Source: Okamejei kenojei (Eukaryota). From it: a stretch of DNA of 64,000 nucleotides. The stretch is taken from assembly GCA_035221665.1 (NCBI GenBank), contig CM069135.1:29202001-29266000 (forward strand). Reading direction: 5' to 3'. Both the position numbers and the translations under genes were made by a program. This document shows positions 1 through 12,372 of this stretch, piece by piece. Position 1 is the stretch's first letter, and the number at the start of each line of letters is the position of its first letter. A model generated the notes under the pieces. The model was given only the letters and a program-made list of their open reading frames with translations. It was not told the DNA's origin and did no database searches.

Positions 1-46
1 GGAAACCTTTGTTACTGCCAAACAACTGTTTTTTAAAGGATGCTGT

Positions 47-1802
47 ATGGCATGCATCGATCTCAAAGGTGCATACTATTCGGTACCCATTCACGGGGAT
101 CACCAGAGGTATTTGAAGTTTAACTGGATGGGGCAACTGTGGCAGTTTAAAGCGTTGCCTAATGGGTTAACATCAGCCCCCAGATTATTTACCAAATTAT
201 TAAAACTGGCACTTGCACTTCTAAGAGCTCAAAAATATATTGTTATGGCATACTTGGATGATATCCTAATCATAGGGAAAACTGAAATGAGCAAAATTAG
301 CTGTTTCAGCCACTAAACTCTTGTTTGAGAGATTGGGGTTTCTCATCCATCCAGATAAATCTAAGTTGATACCATCCACAATTATTGATTATTTCGGGTT
401 TACTATTAACTCTGTTCACATGTCTGTGACTCTGCCCTGGGGCAAGAGATTAGAATTAATAGAAGCCTGTAACAGCCTTGTTGTTGTTGAGAAACCGTCT
501 ATTCGACAAGTGGCCAGGGTAATTGGCAGAGTAGTGGCTGCATTTCCAGCCTCACAGTTTGGACCTTTGCATTATCAGAATTTACAACGTGCAAAGGAGC
601 AAGCACTCAAAGATCATGCAGGTAATTTGAACAGACCCATGCGATTACCAGCCGATGCTATTTCTGAATTACAATGGTGGACGACCAACGTTCGGCATTG
701 CTCCAATACCATTTTAGTCAGCAGACCTTCAGTTCTATTACAAAGTGATGCTCAAGGTTGGGGTGCTACTAATAGCATCTTTAATTGCGGTGGCAGATGG
801 GATATGCATGAGTCTTCATTGCTTCAGTCACGTGGTATTAATTATTTGGAGATGTTGGGTGCATTCTACGGGCTGAGGGCTTATTGTGCAAATATGCATC
901 ATCTGCATGTTCAACTTCAGATTGACAACACCACAGCGGTGGCATATATTAATCACATGGGTGGAATCAAGTCAGTATCCTGTGATAATTTGGCTAACCT
1001 TATTTGGCACTGGTGTATTGTAAGAAACATTTGGATTTCAGCTACTTACCTACCAGGTAGGCTCAATATAGTGGCGGACACCTGGTCACGGAAATTTAAT
1101 GACAACACCGAATGGATGTTGGACCATAAAGTGTTCACCGACATTGTTGCTCGGTATGGAACACCGGATGTCGATCCAGGCTTAATCACCAATTGCCAAA
1201 GTATAGTGCATGGGAGCCAGACCCAGGGGCAGTGGCGATGGATGCATTCTCGCTACACTGGGGAGGAATATCCTACATCACGTATGACAGATGTTTTGGA
1301 ATTTCTGTCCAGACTATTTTTTGATGAAAGACTGAGTTTCAGTGCCATCAATTGTGCCAGGAGTGCACCATCGTCATACTTATTGCTGGGGTCAGGACCC
1401 CACTCTGTCGGGTCTCACCCACTGATATCCCGGTTCATGAAGGGTATCTTCAACACCAATCCCCCCAGGTCAAGGTACTCGGAGATATGGGATGTGAACA
1501 TTGTACTGACGCTGCTTCGGCGGTGGGCTCCAACTACATCCTTGTCACTGGTCCAACTAACTTTTAAAGTAATTATGCTCATGGCGCTGGTTTTGGCACA
1601 ACGAGTCCAGACGTTGCATAAACTGCGACTGGACACAATGGTAACATCTACCAATAAAATAACTTTCTATGTGCATGACTTAGTCAAGCAGAGCAGACCA
1701 GGGGCATCAGGTCTCAAGTTGGAGTTTATGGCATACCCCATGGACCTTCGGTTGCGTGTAGTCACACATTTACTACAATGTATTGCAATGGATTCGATAT
1801 AG
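47..1802 (+). pseudogene. DIRS pol (RT/RNase H/partial methyltransferase) fused by deletion to YR N-terminal half
   Basis: ORFs 47-316 and 321-1802; frameshift near 290-320; small deletion near 1175 and a large deletion near 1268 joining MT to YR. Confidence 0.88.
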
Positions 1803-2062
1803 AACGTTTGAAAAATTCTCTAATTTGACCATCCTGCCACCGCAAGGATGTGGTCCAGTGGAACCTCCAAAACCCTCGCTGCTGATGTTATTGCAGCCCT
1901 GGTGGAGTGAGATTTAAAAATATCAATGTCCACATCTGCACAAGCCAAAACCTGTCTTAACCACCTCGAGATGGTCTGCACTGATACCCTCTTGTGAGTT
2001 TTTTTGTGACTAACAAGCACTGCTAGTTCAGTGCCTCTGAGGCTTTTTGTGACCTTAATATA
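1798..2062 (-). pseudogene. Inverted C-terminal catalytic half of the DIRS tyrosine recombinase
   Basis: Minus strand reads YIKVTKSLRG...VSVQTISRWLRQVL...FKSHSTRAA..SAA...ILAVAGWSN, the natural continuation of plus-strand ...VVTHLLQ. Confidence 0.88.
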
Positions 2063-2870
2063 ACCATATAACCAACCATATGACCATATAACAATTACAG
2101 CACGGAAACAGGCCCTCTCGGCCCTTCCAGTCCATGCCATCCATTTGTTTTCCCCTAGTCCCATCTACCTGCACTCAGACCATACCCCTCCATTCCCTTC
2201 CTGTCCATATACCTATCCACTTTACTTTTAAATGTTAAAATCGATCCTGCCTCCACCACTTCTGCTGGAAGCTCATTCCACACAGCCACCACCCTCTGAG
2301 TAAAGAAGTTCCCCCTCACGTTACCCCTAAACATCTGTCCTTTAATTCTCATGTCATGCCCTCTTGTTTGAATCTTCCCCACCCTCAATGGGAAAAGCTT
2401 ATCCATGTCAACTCTGTCTATCTCTTTCATCATTTTAAAGACCTCAATCGTCCCCCCTTAACCTTCTGCGCTCCAAAGAATAAAGACCTAACTTGTTCAA
2501 CCTTTCTCTGTAACATAGTTGCTGGAACCCTGGCAACATTCTAGTAAATCTCCTCTGTACTCTCTCTATTTTGTTGACATCCTTCCTATAATTAGGCGAC
2601 CAAAATTGTACACCATACTCCAGATTTGGTCTTACCAATGCCTTGTACAATTTTAACATTACTTCCCTACTCCTATATTCAATGCTCTGATTTATAAAGG
2701 CCAGCACACCAAAGGCTTTCTTTACCACCCTATCTACATGCGATTCCACCTTCAAGGAACTATGCACAGTTATTCCTAGATCTCTCTGTTCCACAGCATT
2801 CCTCAATTCCCTACCATTTACCATGTACGTCCTATTTTGATTTGCCCTGCCATGATGTAGCACTTCATCT
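2063..2870 (-). mobile_element. CR1/HER1-like LINE, 5'-truncated, young subfamily
   Basis: ORFs 2444-2893 and 2155-2433 (RDLGI, LYKALVRPNLEYGVQFWSP, LERRRLRGD, FFTQRVVAVWNELP); (ATATGGTT)n tail at ~2063-2090. Confidence 0.95.
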
Positions 2871-3113
2871 TGGCAAATTAGAGAATTTTTCAACCGTTCT
2901 ATAACAAACCCACTGCTAGGCCGGGGGTTTTTACTAATTCAATTTTAAATTCTGCCTTATAATTTACCCCGGATGTGAGGGGTCATTATTATTTCATATA
3001 TACCATTTTGTTTAATAAAAGCATCAGCATGCTTTAAATCCATGTCATGTCTGAATGCATTATAATTTCACTCCTCCTTGGTCAACTAACGCAGTGTGTG
3101 ACGCATGGACTCG

Positions 3114-4043
3114 TTTTTCGAGGATGTAACTAGTAGCGTGGATAGGGGAGAACCAGTGGATGTGGTTCTGGATTTCCAGAAGGCTTTCGACAAGGTCCCA
3201 CATAAGAGATTAGTATACAAACTTAAAGCATACGGCATTGGGGGTTCAGGATTGATGTGGATAGAGAACTGGCTGGCAAACAGGAAGCAAAGAGTAGGAG
3301 TAAACGAGTCCTTTTCATAATGGCAGGCAGTGACTAGTGGGGTACCGCAAGGCTTAGTGCTGGGACTCCAGCTATTTACAATATATATTAATGATCTGGA
3401 TGAGGGAATTGAAGGCAATATCTCCAAGTTTGCGGATGACACTAAGCTGGGGGGCAGTGTTAGCTGTGAGGAGGATGCTAGGAGACTGCAAGGTGACTTG
3501 GATAGGCTGGGTGAGTGGGCAAATGTTCGGCAGATGCAGTATAATGTGGATAAATGTGAGGTTATCCATTTTGGTGGCAAAAACAGGAAAGCAGACTATT
3601 ATCTAAATGGTGGCCGATTAGGAAAAGGGGAGATGCAGCGAGACCTGGGTGTCATGGTACACCAGTCATTGAAAGTAGGCATGCAGGTGCAAGGCAGTGA
3701 AGAAAGCAAATCATATGTTAGCTTTCATAGCAAAAGGATTTGAGTATAGGAGCAGGGAGGTTCTACTTCAGTTGTATAGGGTCATGGTGAGACCACACCT
3801 GGAGTATTGCGTACAGTTCTGGTCTCCAAATCTGAGGAAGGACATTATTGCCATTGAGGGAGTGCAGAGAAGGTTTCACCAGACTGATTCCTGGGATGTC
3901 AGGACTGTCTTAAGAAGAAAGACTGGATAGACTCGGTTTATACTCTCTAGAATATAGGAGAATGAGAGGGGATTTTAGAGAAACTTACAAAATTCTTAAG
4001 GGGTTGGACAGGCTAGATACAGGAAGATTGTTCCCGATGTTGA
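3114..4043 (+). mobile_element. CR1-clade LINE RT fragment, truncated at both ends
   Basis: DFQKAFDKVPH, SGVPQG, KFADDTKLGG, KCEVIHFG, RPHLEYCVQFWSP; no 3' tail. Confidence 0.95.
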
Positions 4044-4814
4044 AGAGTTCCACAACTGTTACCTGTGATTTCACACCGCTGCTTTGAAGATTGACGCGCA
4101 CGCAGGCAGGCGGGCTCTTCACGTAATCCCTCATCGTAACGCCTCATAAAATAAAGATCAAACCTCAAACTGGTAAGTTCTCATTTAATCTTACTATTCT
4201 CTCCACCACTGGTGAACCATGGTAGCATCTTCCAAACCTCTTGCTTCCTCATCTGATTTTTGGAACTCTTTTGCCTACGGTTGGGTGGGAGTAGCTTCAC
4301 CAAAAGGACTGCAGAAGTACCAAAACCTGGCTCACTACAGAATTCTCAATGGGCATTTGGGGATAGGCAATAAATATGGGCCTTACCTGAAGCTGTAAAT
4401 GAATGAATGATGCTTGATATTTCCTGCAGAAGCCTGTTCTACTGTGTTTGGGATCGCTACTGATAGACCTGGGTGAATAGGAGCTTGTGCAGAATTGCAA
4501 TGAGCAATTTTGTTTATTCATAGAAATGAATCTATGCCCAAAGTGTTGTGTTAGAAACCAGCTGGGAGAGGCCAACTTTCCATAATCTGAATGGGAAGTA
4601 ATTAACTAGTGATTTTATCCTGCACAAATATTTTTGCAGGTTTCTTAATACTGCTTTCAGTAGCTCTCTCATTGTGGTTTAAGCGGACCCTATGGTGATT
4701 TCCTAGAAGGTTTCAACATATGTTTTCTGTTCCCCGTGGCGTGTTGTGGTATCTTTACCCTGATCTCTGCAAGGTCACTAAAGTCAAGTTATCAACTTAT
4801 ATTCAACTTATCAC

Positions 4815-5170
4815 AAAGGGTAGCACAGTAGCACAGATAGTAGAGCCACTGTCTAACAGTTCCAGAGACCTGTGTTCAATGCCGACTTATGGTCCTGTCT
4901 GTGTGTAGTTTGCACGTACACCCTGTGACTGCCTTGTGTCCTCCACCCCCCGGGTGTTCTGCTTTCCTTCCCACATCCCAATGACATGTGGTTTGGTACG
5001 TTCATTGCCCCAGTGTGTAGATGAGTGATAGAATTTGGGGGGGGCGATTGTAGAGAGTGTGGGAAGAATACAAAACTGTGTCATTAGTGTAAATGGGTGA
5101 TGCATGGCTGGCATGAAGTCGATGGGCCAAAGGGCCAGTTTCCGAGATGTATTTCCCTATGTCTCTATGG
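4815..5170 (+). mobile_element. tRNA-derived V-SINE (HE1-like)
   Basis: tRNA-like head, GTAGTTTGCACGTACACCCTGTG core, CR1-like tail GGGCCAAAGGGCC. Confidence 0.75.
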
Positions 5171-5349
5171 TTTGTACGCATTATATGACAGATATTATTA
5201 TTCACTTCCAGGCTGCATGAATCATTTTCATGTTCAATTTAATCATATAAACGGGCTCTCAATTGAAATCACGGCTAATCCAAACTTGGCCTTATGAATT
5301 TCCCTCTTTCTCCCCACACTTCTTGGTACCCTTTTAATTTTAATATCTG

Positions 5350-5652
5350 TCAGTTCAGTTTAGAGATACAGAATATAACCCACACATGCACCAACTGCAC
5401 GCCAAGTAATGATCACCCCGTCACACTAGTTCTATGTTATCCCATTTTTTCATCCACTTTGTACACACTACGAGCATTTTACAGAAGCCAATTACCCTAC
5501 AAAACCGCACGGATTTGGGATGTGAGTGGAAACCGAAGGAAACCCACGTGGTCACAGGTAGAAGGTGCAAACTCAATACAGACAGCACCCAAGGTCAGGA
5601 TTGAACCTGGGTCTCTGGCTGTGAGGCAGCAGTGCATGTGCCACTGTGCACC
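5350..5652 (-). mobile_element. tRNA-derived V-SINE (HE1-like)
   Basis: Reverse-complement of the same SINE (GCAAACTC..ACAGACAGCACCC..GGATTGAACCTGGGTCTCTGGC). Confidence 0.8.
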
Positions 5653-6936
5653 CCTAATCAGTAGTGATCCTCTACCTTAAATACATCCAATGACTCCACC
5701 TCCATATTGCTCTGGGGCAAAGAATTCCCATACCATGACCCATCAAGGGAAGACATTTCTCTTAATCTCCATCTAAAATGGGCAATTCTTTATTGTGAAA
5801 CTCTGCTCTCAAGTCTGGATACCCCATCAACAGTCACTCGACATGTCCTTATGTCATATGTATGATGATGTTATTATGTAGATATTCACATGACCGATTT
5901 AGATGTATGTTGTCTTGGAACCACAGAGTCATGCAGCACGGAAACAAGCCCTTCAGTCCGCTGACTGCAGGCACCCATTTTCATCCAATCCTACAGGAAT
6001 CTTATTTTACTCATCTTATATGGTGGAAAATGATCTCATTATGCTCCAAGATGGCACCCAAGTCAGGCGACTCTTTGTGTGCTGGTCACAGAAGTGGATC
6101 GGCCATGATCGCATTGAATGGCGGTGCTGGCTTGAAGGGCCGTATGGCCTATTCCTGCACATATTGTCTATTGTCTATTATCTGCAATCATGCATTACAA
6201 TCGCTCCACCCTTTTAAATCTCTATTCCAACAGCTGATCTGTACATTGTGGACGGCTCGATTGTGATCATGTATTATCTTTCAGCTAACTGGTTAGCACG
6301 CAACAAAAGCTTTACGCTGTACCTTGGCACACGTGACAATAAATTAAACTAAACTAAACTAGACTAAACATTTCCATCATCCTCTCTAGATCTGCTGCTC
6401 AACTACCCGAGGGGTAATTTACAATGGTCAATTAACCCACGAACCTGCACGTCTTTGGGATGTGGAAGGAGATGGGAGCAAAACCTTTGTGGTCACAGCG
6501 AGAACATGCAAACTCCACACAGTGATCTAACGCAAACCCACTTCAGTGAGAGGTGGAAAAATGGCGTTGCTTTTCTGCCAAAAAACGTGGAGCCGCCGAT
6601 GTAATTGCTTTACACATGTCCAGGGCTGAGGTGGCAACTCAGGCGGTGCAATTATGCATTGGTGGAAAACTTTATCCACGACATGATCAGCCATGATCAC
6701 AATGAATGGCGGTGCTGGCTCGATGTCTATTTTCTATGGTCTATGACATGAGGTCTTCTACATCTTTACCAATACTTGGCCTGTATACAAAACTCTCACC
6801 TTAAACCAATGTCTTCTGGTTTTCGATTCCCCTAAATCCATTCCAAGTCTATCTTCCCTGAGCACTGGGGGATAATTACCCTTTGTCCATACTTCCTTGA
6901 TCGGCGGCTAACTCCAACAGGTTGTAGAATACTTAC

Positions 6937-7044
6937 AGGTCTGCATTTCAGCACAGTTATCCAATCTGCTCCAGCCTCTGACGGCATGTTTGCAGGCTCA
7001 TTTCTGGAGCCTGTCTCGATCTGTCTCCTGAGCAATTTCTGCAG
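6937..7044 (-). other. Candidate internal exon (108 nt, phase 0-0) of an unidentified transcript
   Basis: Minus strand: ttttccaattgcAG acceptor, open frame LQKLLRRQIETGSRNEPANMPSEAGADWITVLKCRP, GTAAGT donor; no homology recognised. Confidence 0.25.
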
Positions 7045-7596
7045 CTGCAATTGGAAAATCATCAAGCACAAACTGTAATGGAAGAACCGTGCCTTCAGTG
7101 CCCACATGGGAATCTTCAGGTGCAGTCTGAGCACTAAGCACATTTGCCTAATCAATTTCTGGTCTCCACAGACAATCCTTGCTCAATAACAATGTTAGTT
7201 CTGTGCAGGCAGCGTCCACGGTAGGGAATTCTCATTGCTGACTGTTATAATGCACCGTACAATTTATCACTTCAAAGCTTCACCTCAATAGGTCTTCAGT
7301 CTGACTGCGCTCTGTGCCAAAGTATAAGTAACTGAATTTCATGTCACAGTTACCCCTTTCCCATGATATAAAAAATGGCCATTTTGAGCCAGTGTGAGTG
7401 GAGCCCACGACCTTTCCCCCGACATGTCCCACAGTGGTCCTCGTGGGAGTGACGGTGGAGCTCAGATATCTCCCCCCCCCCCCCCTCCCTCCACCTCCCC
7501 TCCCCCCCATTCCCCCTTGTTAGCTGGAGCCATTCAGATGTTTTCTTGAAAGAAAGAATGTGTGAAAGGTCTGTGGAGTCTGCAGGAGGTGGTTGT

Positions 7597-7758
7597 NNNN
7601 NNNNNNNNNNNNNNNNNNNNNNNNNNNNNNNNNNNNNNNNNNNNNNNNNNNNNNNNNNNNNNNNNNNNNNNNNNNNNNNNNNNNNNNNNNNNNNNNNNNN
7701 NNNNNNNNNNNNNNNNNNNNNNNNNNNNNNNNNNNNNNNNNNNNNNNNNNNNNNNNNN
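7597..7758. other. Assembly gap
   Basis: Run of N. Confidence 1.
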
Positions 7759-8400
7759 TGTGTGTAAAAGTGTACATGTGATTGTATGCATAAGTAAGTG
7801 TGCATATGAGCGTAAGTGTGTGTATATGTGACTGTGTGTGAGAGTACATGCAAGTCAATATGAGTGTGCACATCCCACATGTGTGTATGCAGCAGCGTGT
7901 GAGCACGTCTGTAGGATTGTGTGTGCGATGGTGTGTGTGAGCAAGTGTGTGTGAAAGTATATGTTTGTAAAAATGTGTGTGTATCAGTGTATGAGCAAGT
8001 GAGTATGTGTGTGAGTATGCGAGAGAGTGCATGCATGTGAATATGTGTGTGAATGTGAATATGTGTGTGAGCGCAAGTGTATGAGCATGTGAGCGTGTGT
8101 GCGTGAGCACGGGGTTAGGAGGGAGAGATAGATCAGCCATGACGGAGTAGACTTGATGGGCTGAATGGCCTAATTCTACTCCTATCCCTTATGACCTTAT
8201 GACCTTATGTGTGTGTGCATGAGCATGTAAACGTGTATGTGAGGACATGTGTGTGTGTGTGTGCGAGTGCGCATGTATGTGCATGTATGTGCATGTATGC
8301 GCATGTATGTGCATGTATGTGCATGGATGTATATGTGATTATGTATATCTGAGAACCCATGAATGAGGGTGTAAGAGTGGTGAGTGTGTGAGCATGAGGG
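7759..8400. repeat. Degenerate (TG)n microsatellite with a short CR1/SINE tail at ~8110-8205
   Basis: TG/CA low complexity; GTGCATGTAT-type repeats at ~8270-8325. Confidence 0.9.
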
Positions 8401-8727
8401 GCAGGCGTGGTGACTGCTGGGTCAAGGTGTAAGGGAGGGTGATGATTACAGGCACCTGCTGACAGTGTGGTCAGCGCTAGTACAGCAATAGCACCAGATG
8501 GATGCATGAGGGGGACCTCTCACACAATGCAGCTGCATCAGTAGTATCGTTTGAGTTCTATGACTGTGAGAGAAGTCCCTGACCCCTTGTATTCGCCACA
8601 ACTTCACAATTCCCTGGCAGAGCTGAATATCCTGACATCCATTCTGACTGTGGTACAGAGGGCAAGCTTGTGGAGCTGTGAAGTCATTGCCAAATACTGC
8701 AGGTGTCGTTGTTGAAATTTTATGAAG

Positions 8728-8870
8728 NNNNNNNNNNNNNNNNNNNNNNNNNNNNNNNNNNNNNNNNNNNNNNNNNNNNNNNNNNNNNNNNNNNNNNNNN
8801 NNNNNNNNNNNNNNNNNNNNNNNNNNNNNNNNNNNNNNNNNNNNNNNNNNNNNNNNNNNNNNNNNNNNNN
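8728..8870. other. Assembly gap
   Basis: Run of N. Confidence 1.
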
Positions 8871-9254
8871 TAGAGAGGGCGAGCAAGAGAGAGAGGGAGA
8901 GGGAGAGAGAGAGATGACAATGTCATCTTTAGCAAATGAGGTCAAAGATGCATTATGTTAGCATCATGTCTCTGCCTTCATGAAAGGAGCAGATTATTTA
9001 ATACAGGTTAAAAGTCCAACGAGATGTTATGGGCAGGATTAGAAACATAGAGACATAGAAAATAGGTGCAGGAGTAGGCCATTTGGCCCTTTGACCCAGC
9101 ACCGCCATTCAATATGATCATGGCCGATCATCTAAAATCAGTATCCGTTCCTGCTTTCTCCCCATATTCCTTGATCCCGTTAGCCCTAAGAGCTATATCC
9201 AACTCTCTCTTGAATACATGTAATAGATAGAGAAGAGAGTGGAAATATTCGACC

Positions 9255-9446
9255 CAAGGAACTGCAGATGTTGGTTTACAAAAAAAGATGCAAAGCGCTG
9301 GAGTAACTAAGCGTGACAAGCAGCATCCCTGGTGAACATGGAGAGGCGACACTTCGGGTTGGGAACCTTCCTGCAACATCACCTATCCATGTTCTCCAGT
9401 GATGCTACGTGACCTGCTGAGTTACTCCAGAATTTTGCATCTTTTT
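9255..9446. repeat. Penelope-derived palindromic repeat, central ribozyme cores partly deleted
   Basis: Arms GCTGGAGTAACT..GCAGCATC..TGG and its reverse complement; same family as 11715-11935. Confidence 0.7.
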
Positions 9447-11714
9447 AAAATGGAAATATTAGCCCTACCGGGAGCAGGAAAGTCACGTGGTCCAGAAGGA
9501 ACGTCGCTTGGACGTATCTCTCCCAAGAGATACTCATGGTCTCTGCAAGTGGTGGGCTTGGCAAGAAACACTGCTCCCAAACAGTCTGATCCAGGGTGCT
9601 GGCCTGGATTAAATGCTCAGACTCAATCCATAAAGGAATGGGAGAAGGAGAATCTCCGTGCTCCTCTTGCAATACCACCGATGCAGAGATACATGGAATT
9701 ACATCAGGCTGTACAAATCACTTCGCAACGTTTTGGACATGAAAAATAAATCTACTTGGGTACATGTAATTATTCTTTGTACATGATTCATTGTTGATTA
9801 TTTATAATTATTAGGCTTTATTAACAGCCTGTGCTTTTATTATTAATGTGAATGTTGAAGATCATTTGTTTATTGATGTACATTTTTCAATTCAATTAAA
9901 TCACTCTCAGTCTGAAATGTAGGCTAAACATCTGCACATACTGTATAGCATTTTAATTTATAAGGAGAAGTTGGGAATGCCTTGATTGTTTTCTGTGGGG
10001 CATTGGAGACCAAGGGGAGATAAGTTGTGAGAGGCATAAATAGGGTGGACAGTCAGAACCCTTTTTCCCAGGGTAAAAATGTCAAATGCCAAATGCCAAA
10101 GGTCACAGCCTTAAGGTGAAGGGTGGAGGAGAAAATTTAAAGGAGACATGCGAGGCATTTTTTTTTACACACAGAGAGTGGTTGGCAGAAGTGATGGTGA
10201 AAGCAGATAGGATAGTGACATTCATGGGGCATTTAGACAGGCACACAGTGAGTGGAGGGAGGGAATTCTCTGCCACAGAAGGCAGTGGAGGCCAATTCAC
10301 TGGATGTTTTCAAGAGAGAGTTAGATTTAGCTCTTAGGGCTAAAGGAATCAAGAGATATGGGGAAAAAGCAGGAACGGGGTGCTGATTTTAGATGATCAG
10401 CCATGATCATAGCTGACTCAAAGGGCCAAATGGCCTACTCCTGCAACTATTTTTCTTTTTTCTATGTATCATGTGCAAGAAGATGGGGTTAGTTTCATCT
10501 GGTATCATGGCCGGCACACAGATGGTGGGCCAAAGAGTCTGCTCCTATGATGCACTCTTCCATGATCCATGTTCCTAACCATTTGATGTACCGGCTATGC
10601 GCTGAGAAATGTGACACATCTAGAAACTCCTAACGGACTATAATATTCCATTACAGAGTACTTTCAAGCTTAAGTGCATCCACGTTCAAACATGTAGGTA
10701 AAAAATGTAATTATGTTCCTCTCAGGCAAAATGCATGTGTTCTGAAGGTAGTTATTACATCTAGGCCAATTGAATCTGGGAATTGAGCCTAAGGGTACAA
10801 TAAAGAGAATTAACACACCATTACAATGTTAACATAACTAGGGGATTCATGTGTTAAATACAGTTTTAATATGCCTATTAACTCAGCAGGCAGCTCTGTC
10901 AAGCCACAGGAGTTAGAATAAAATACTGCCCTTCTCACCTGTCACGTTGCTGGTACATTGTTATAATGCTGTTCAGATACAGTCCATTATCTTTATGGAC
11001 TTGTTATACAACAGTATTCATCTGGATGAGCAGCAGCACCAACACTACATCAATGAAAACTTGCTGTCATGATTCAGGTACAAAACTCCTTCAAGGCTGA
11101 TCCTTTGCATTCTTATACCCGGTTAGAGTCTTGACATAAGGTCATGTGTGATAGAAGCAGAATTCGGCCATTCGGCCCATCAAGCCTACTCCACCATTCA
11201 ATCATGGCTTATCTATCTCTCCCTCCCAACCCGATTCTCCTGCCTTTTCCCCATAGCCTCTGACACCTGTGGTAATCAAGAATCTATCTATTTCTGCCTT
11301 GAAAATATCCACTGACTTGGCCTCCACAGCCTTCGGTGGCGAAGAATTCCACAGATTCACCACCTTGTCTGCCGGGACCTCACATTGGATCATCGGGGTC
11401 TTGTGATTTTCCAGCTGCTGAATTGTGGCAACTATTTACTGGTGTGTGCTCCAGGCAAGGATGCGTCTTCAGTAAAGTAACGCTCAGTAAAAGCGGGGAA
11501 TAGGTAGTATGAGACTACCTATTCACCAAGGAGTCTCATATGTCTGATACTTATGGCCACATGCAAAGGTGACACCCCAAATAAATACATTTTCCATTTG
11601 TAAGTGCATGGTTGACACTGAAATGACATCACAAATCAATGCTGGTGTCATACTCACTGCTCTGGAAACTTAAAAAATGTTTTTTTTTACAAATTATTAT
11701 CACTTTATCGAGTC

Positions 11715-11935
11715 AGACACAAAATGCTGGAGTGACTCAGTGGGTAAGGCTGCGTCTCTGGAAAAAAGGAATAGGTGACGTTTCGGGTCGAGGCCCTTCA
11801 TCAGACTGATGAAGGATCCCGACCTGAGACGTCACCAATTCCTTTTCTCCAGAGATGCTGCACTTCCTGCTGAGTTACTCCAGCTTTTTGTGCCTATCTT
11901 CGGTGTAAACCAGCATCTGCAGTTCCTTCTTACAC
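11715..11935. repeat. Penelope-derived palindromic repeat with two back-to-back hammerhead-like cores
   Basis: Long inverted arms centred on ...CTTCATCAG-A-CTGATGAAG... Confidence 0.8.
11777..11804 (-). ncRNA. Minimal type I hammerhead ribozyme core (Penelope-associated)
   Basis: Minus strand CTGATGA A GGGCCTCGACCC GAAA CGTC: C3-A9 box, helix II, GAAA, GUC triplet. Confidence 0.65.
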
Positions 11936-12109
11936 ATGTCATCGGGTCACTTGGAAACTTCCTCTCCATTATTGATTTATGAACAAGGTTCGCTGATTGA
12001 CGAGATAATCATAAATGGAATAATGGAATTATTTAATGGAATAATGGAGTAATAAGTCTCAGGCACAAAGTGCAGTGCTGTTGTTAAGGAACTTCAATAT
12101 CATTTGGGT

Positions 12110-12372
12110 TCCATACTGCGCCAGAGACCCAGGTTCGATCTTGACTACGAGTGCTGTTTATGTGGAGTTTGCACATTCTCCCTGTGACCGCTTTCCTCCG
12201 GGTGCTCCAGTTTCCACCCATATCCCAAAGATGTGTGGGTCTGTAGGTTAATTGGCCCTAGTGTGCAGGGAGAGGAAGGGAAATATAGAACTGGTGTGAA
12301 AAGGTGATCGATGGTCGGTGTAGGCTCGGTGGGCCAAAAGGCCTGTTTCCATGCTCTTTCTCTAAACTAAAC
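12110..12372 (+). mobile_element. tRNA-derived V-SINE (HE1-like)
   Basis: CCAGAGACCCAGGTTCGATC B-box-like motif, GGAGTTTGCACATTCTCCCTGTG core, (CTAAA)n tail. Confidence 0.8.

Larger units (their letters stand above)
1..4198 (+). mobile_element. DIRS-type tyrosine-recombinase retrotransposon, 3' part (RT-RNaseH-MT-YR plus right terminal repeat), degenerate and rearranged
   Basis: RT motifs IDLKGAY, LPNGLTSAPRLF, YLDD (47-316); RNase H motifs INYLEMLG, QIDNTTAVAYINHMGG, YLPGRLNIVAD; methyltransferase-like DVD..SRLNHQLPKY..WEPDPGAVAMDAF; YR motifs AQRVQTL, HSTR, AGW; terminal motif at ~4090-4198 is reverse-complement-similar to the left end of the DIRS at 62965. Confidence 0.93.

Noticed and set aside
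321-1802. 493-aa ORF as a novel RT-RNaseH-recombinase fusion protein
   Set aside because: The in-frame join arises from deletions in a decayed DIRS; the middle is read out of frame and the YR catalytic half is inverted.
7350-8961. His/Thr-rich and X-containing ORFs
   Set aside because: Translations of (TG)n repeats and N gaps.
9399-9749. 116-aa ORF
   Set aside because: Starts within a Penelope repeat; no recognisable homology or convincing splice signals.
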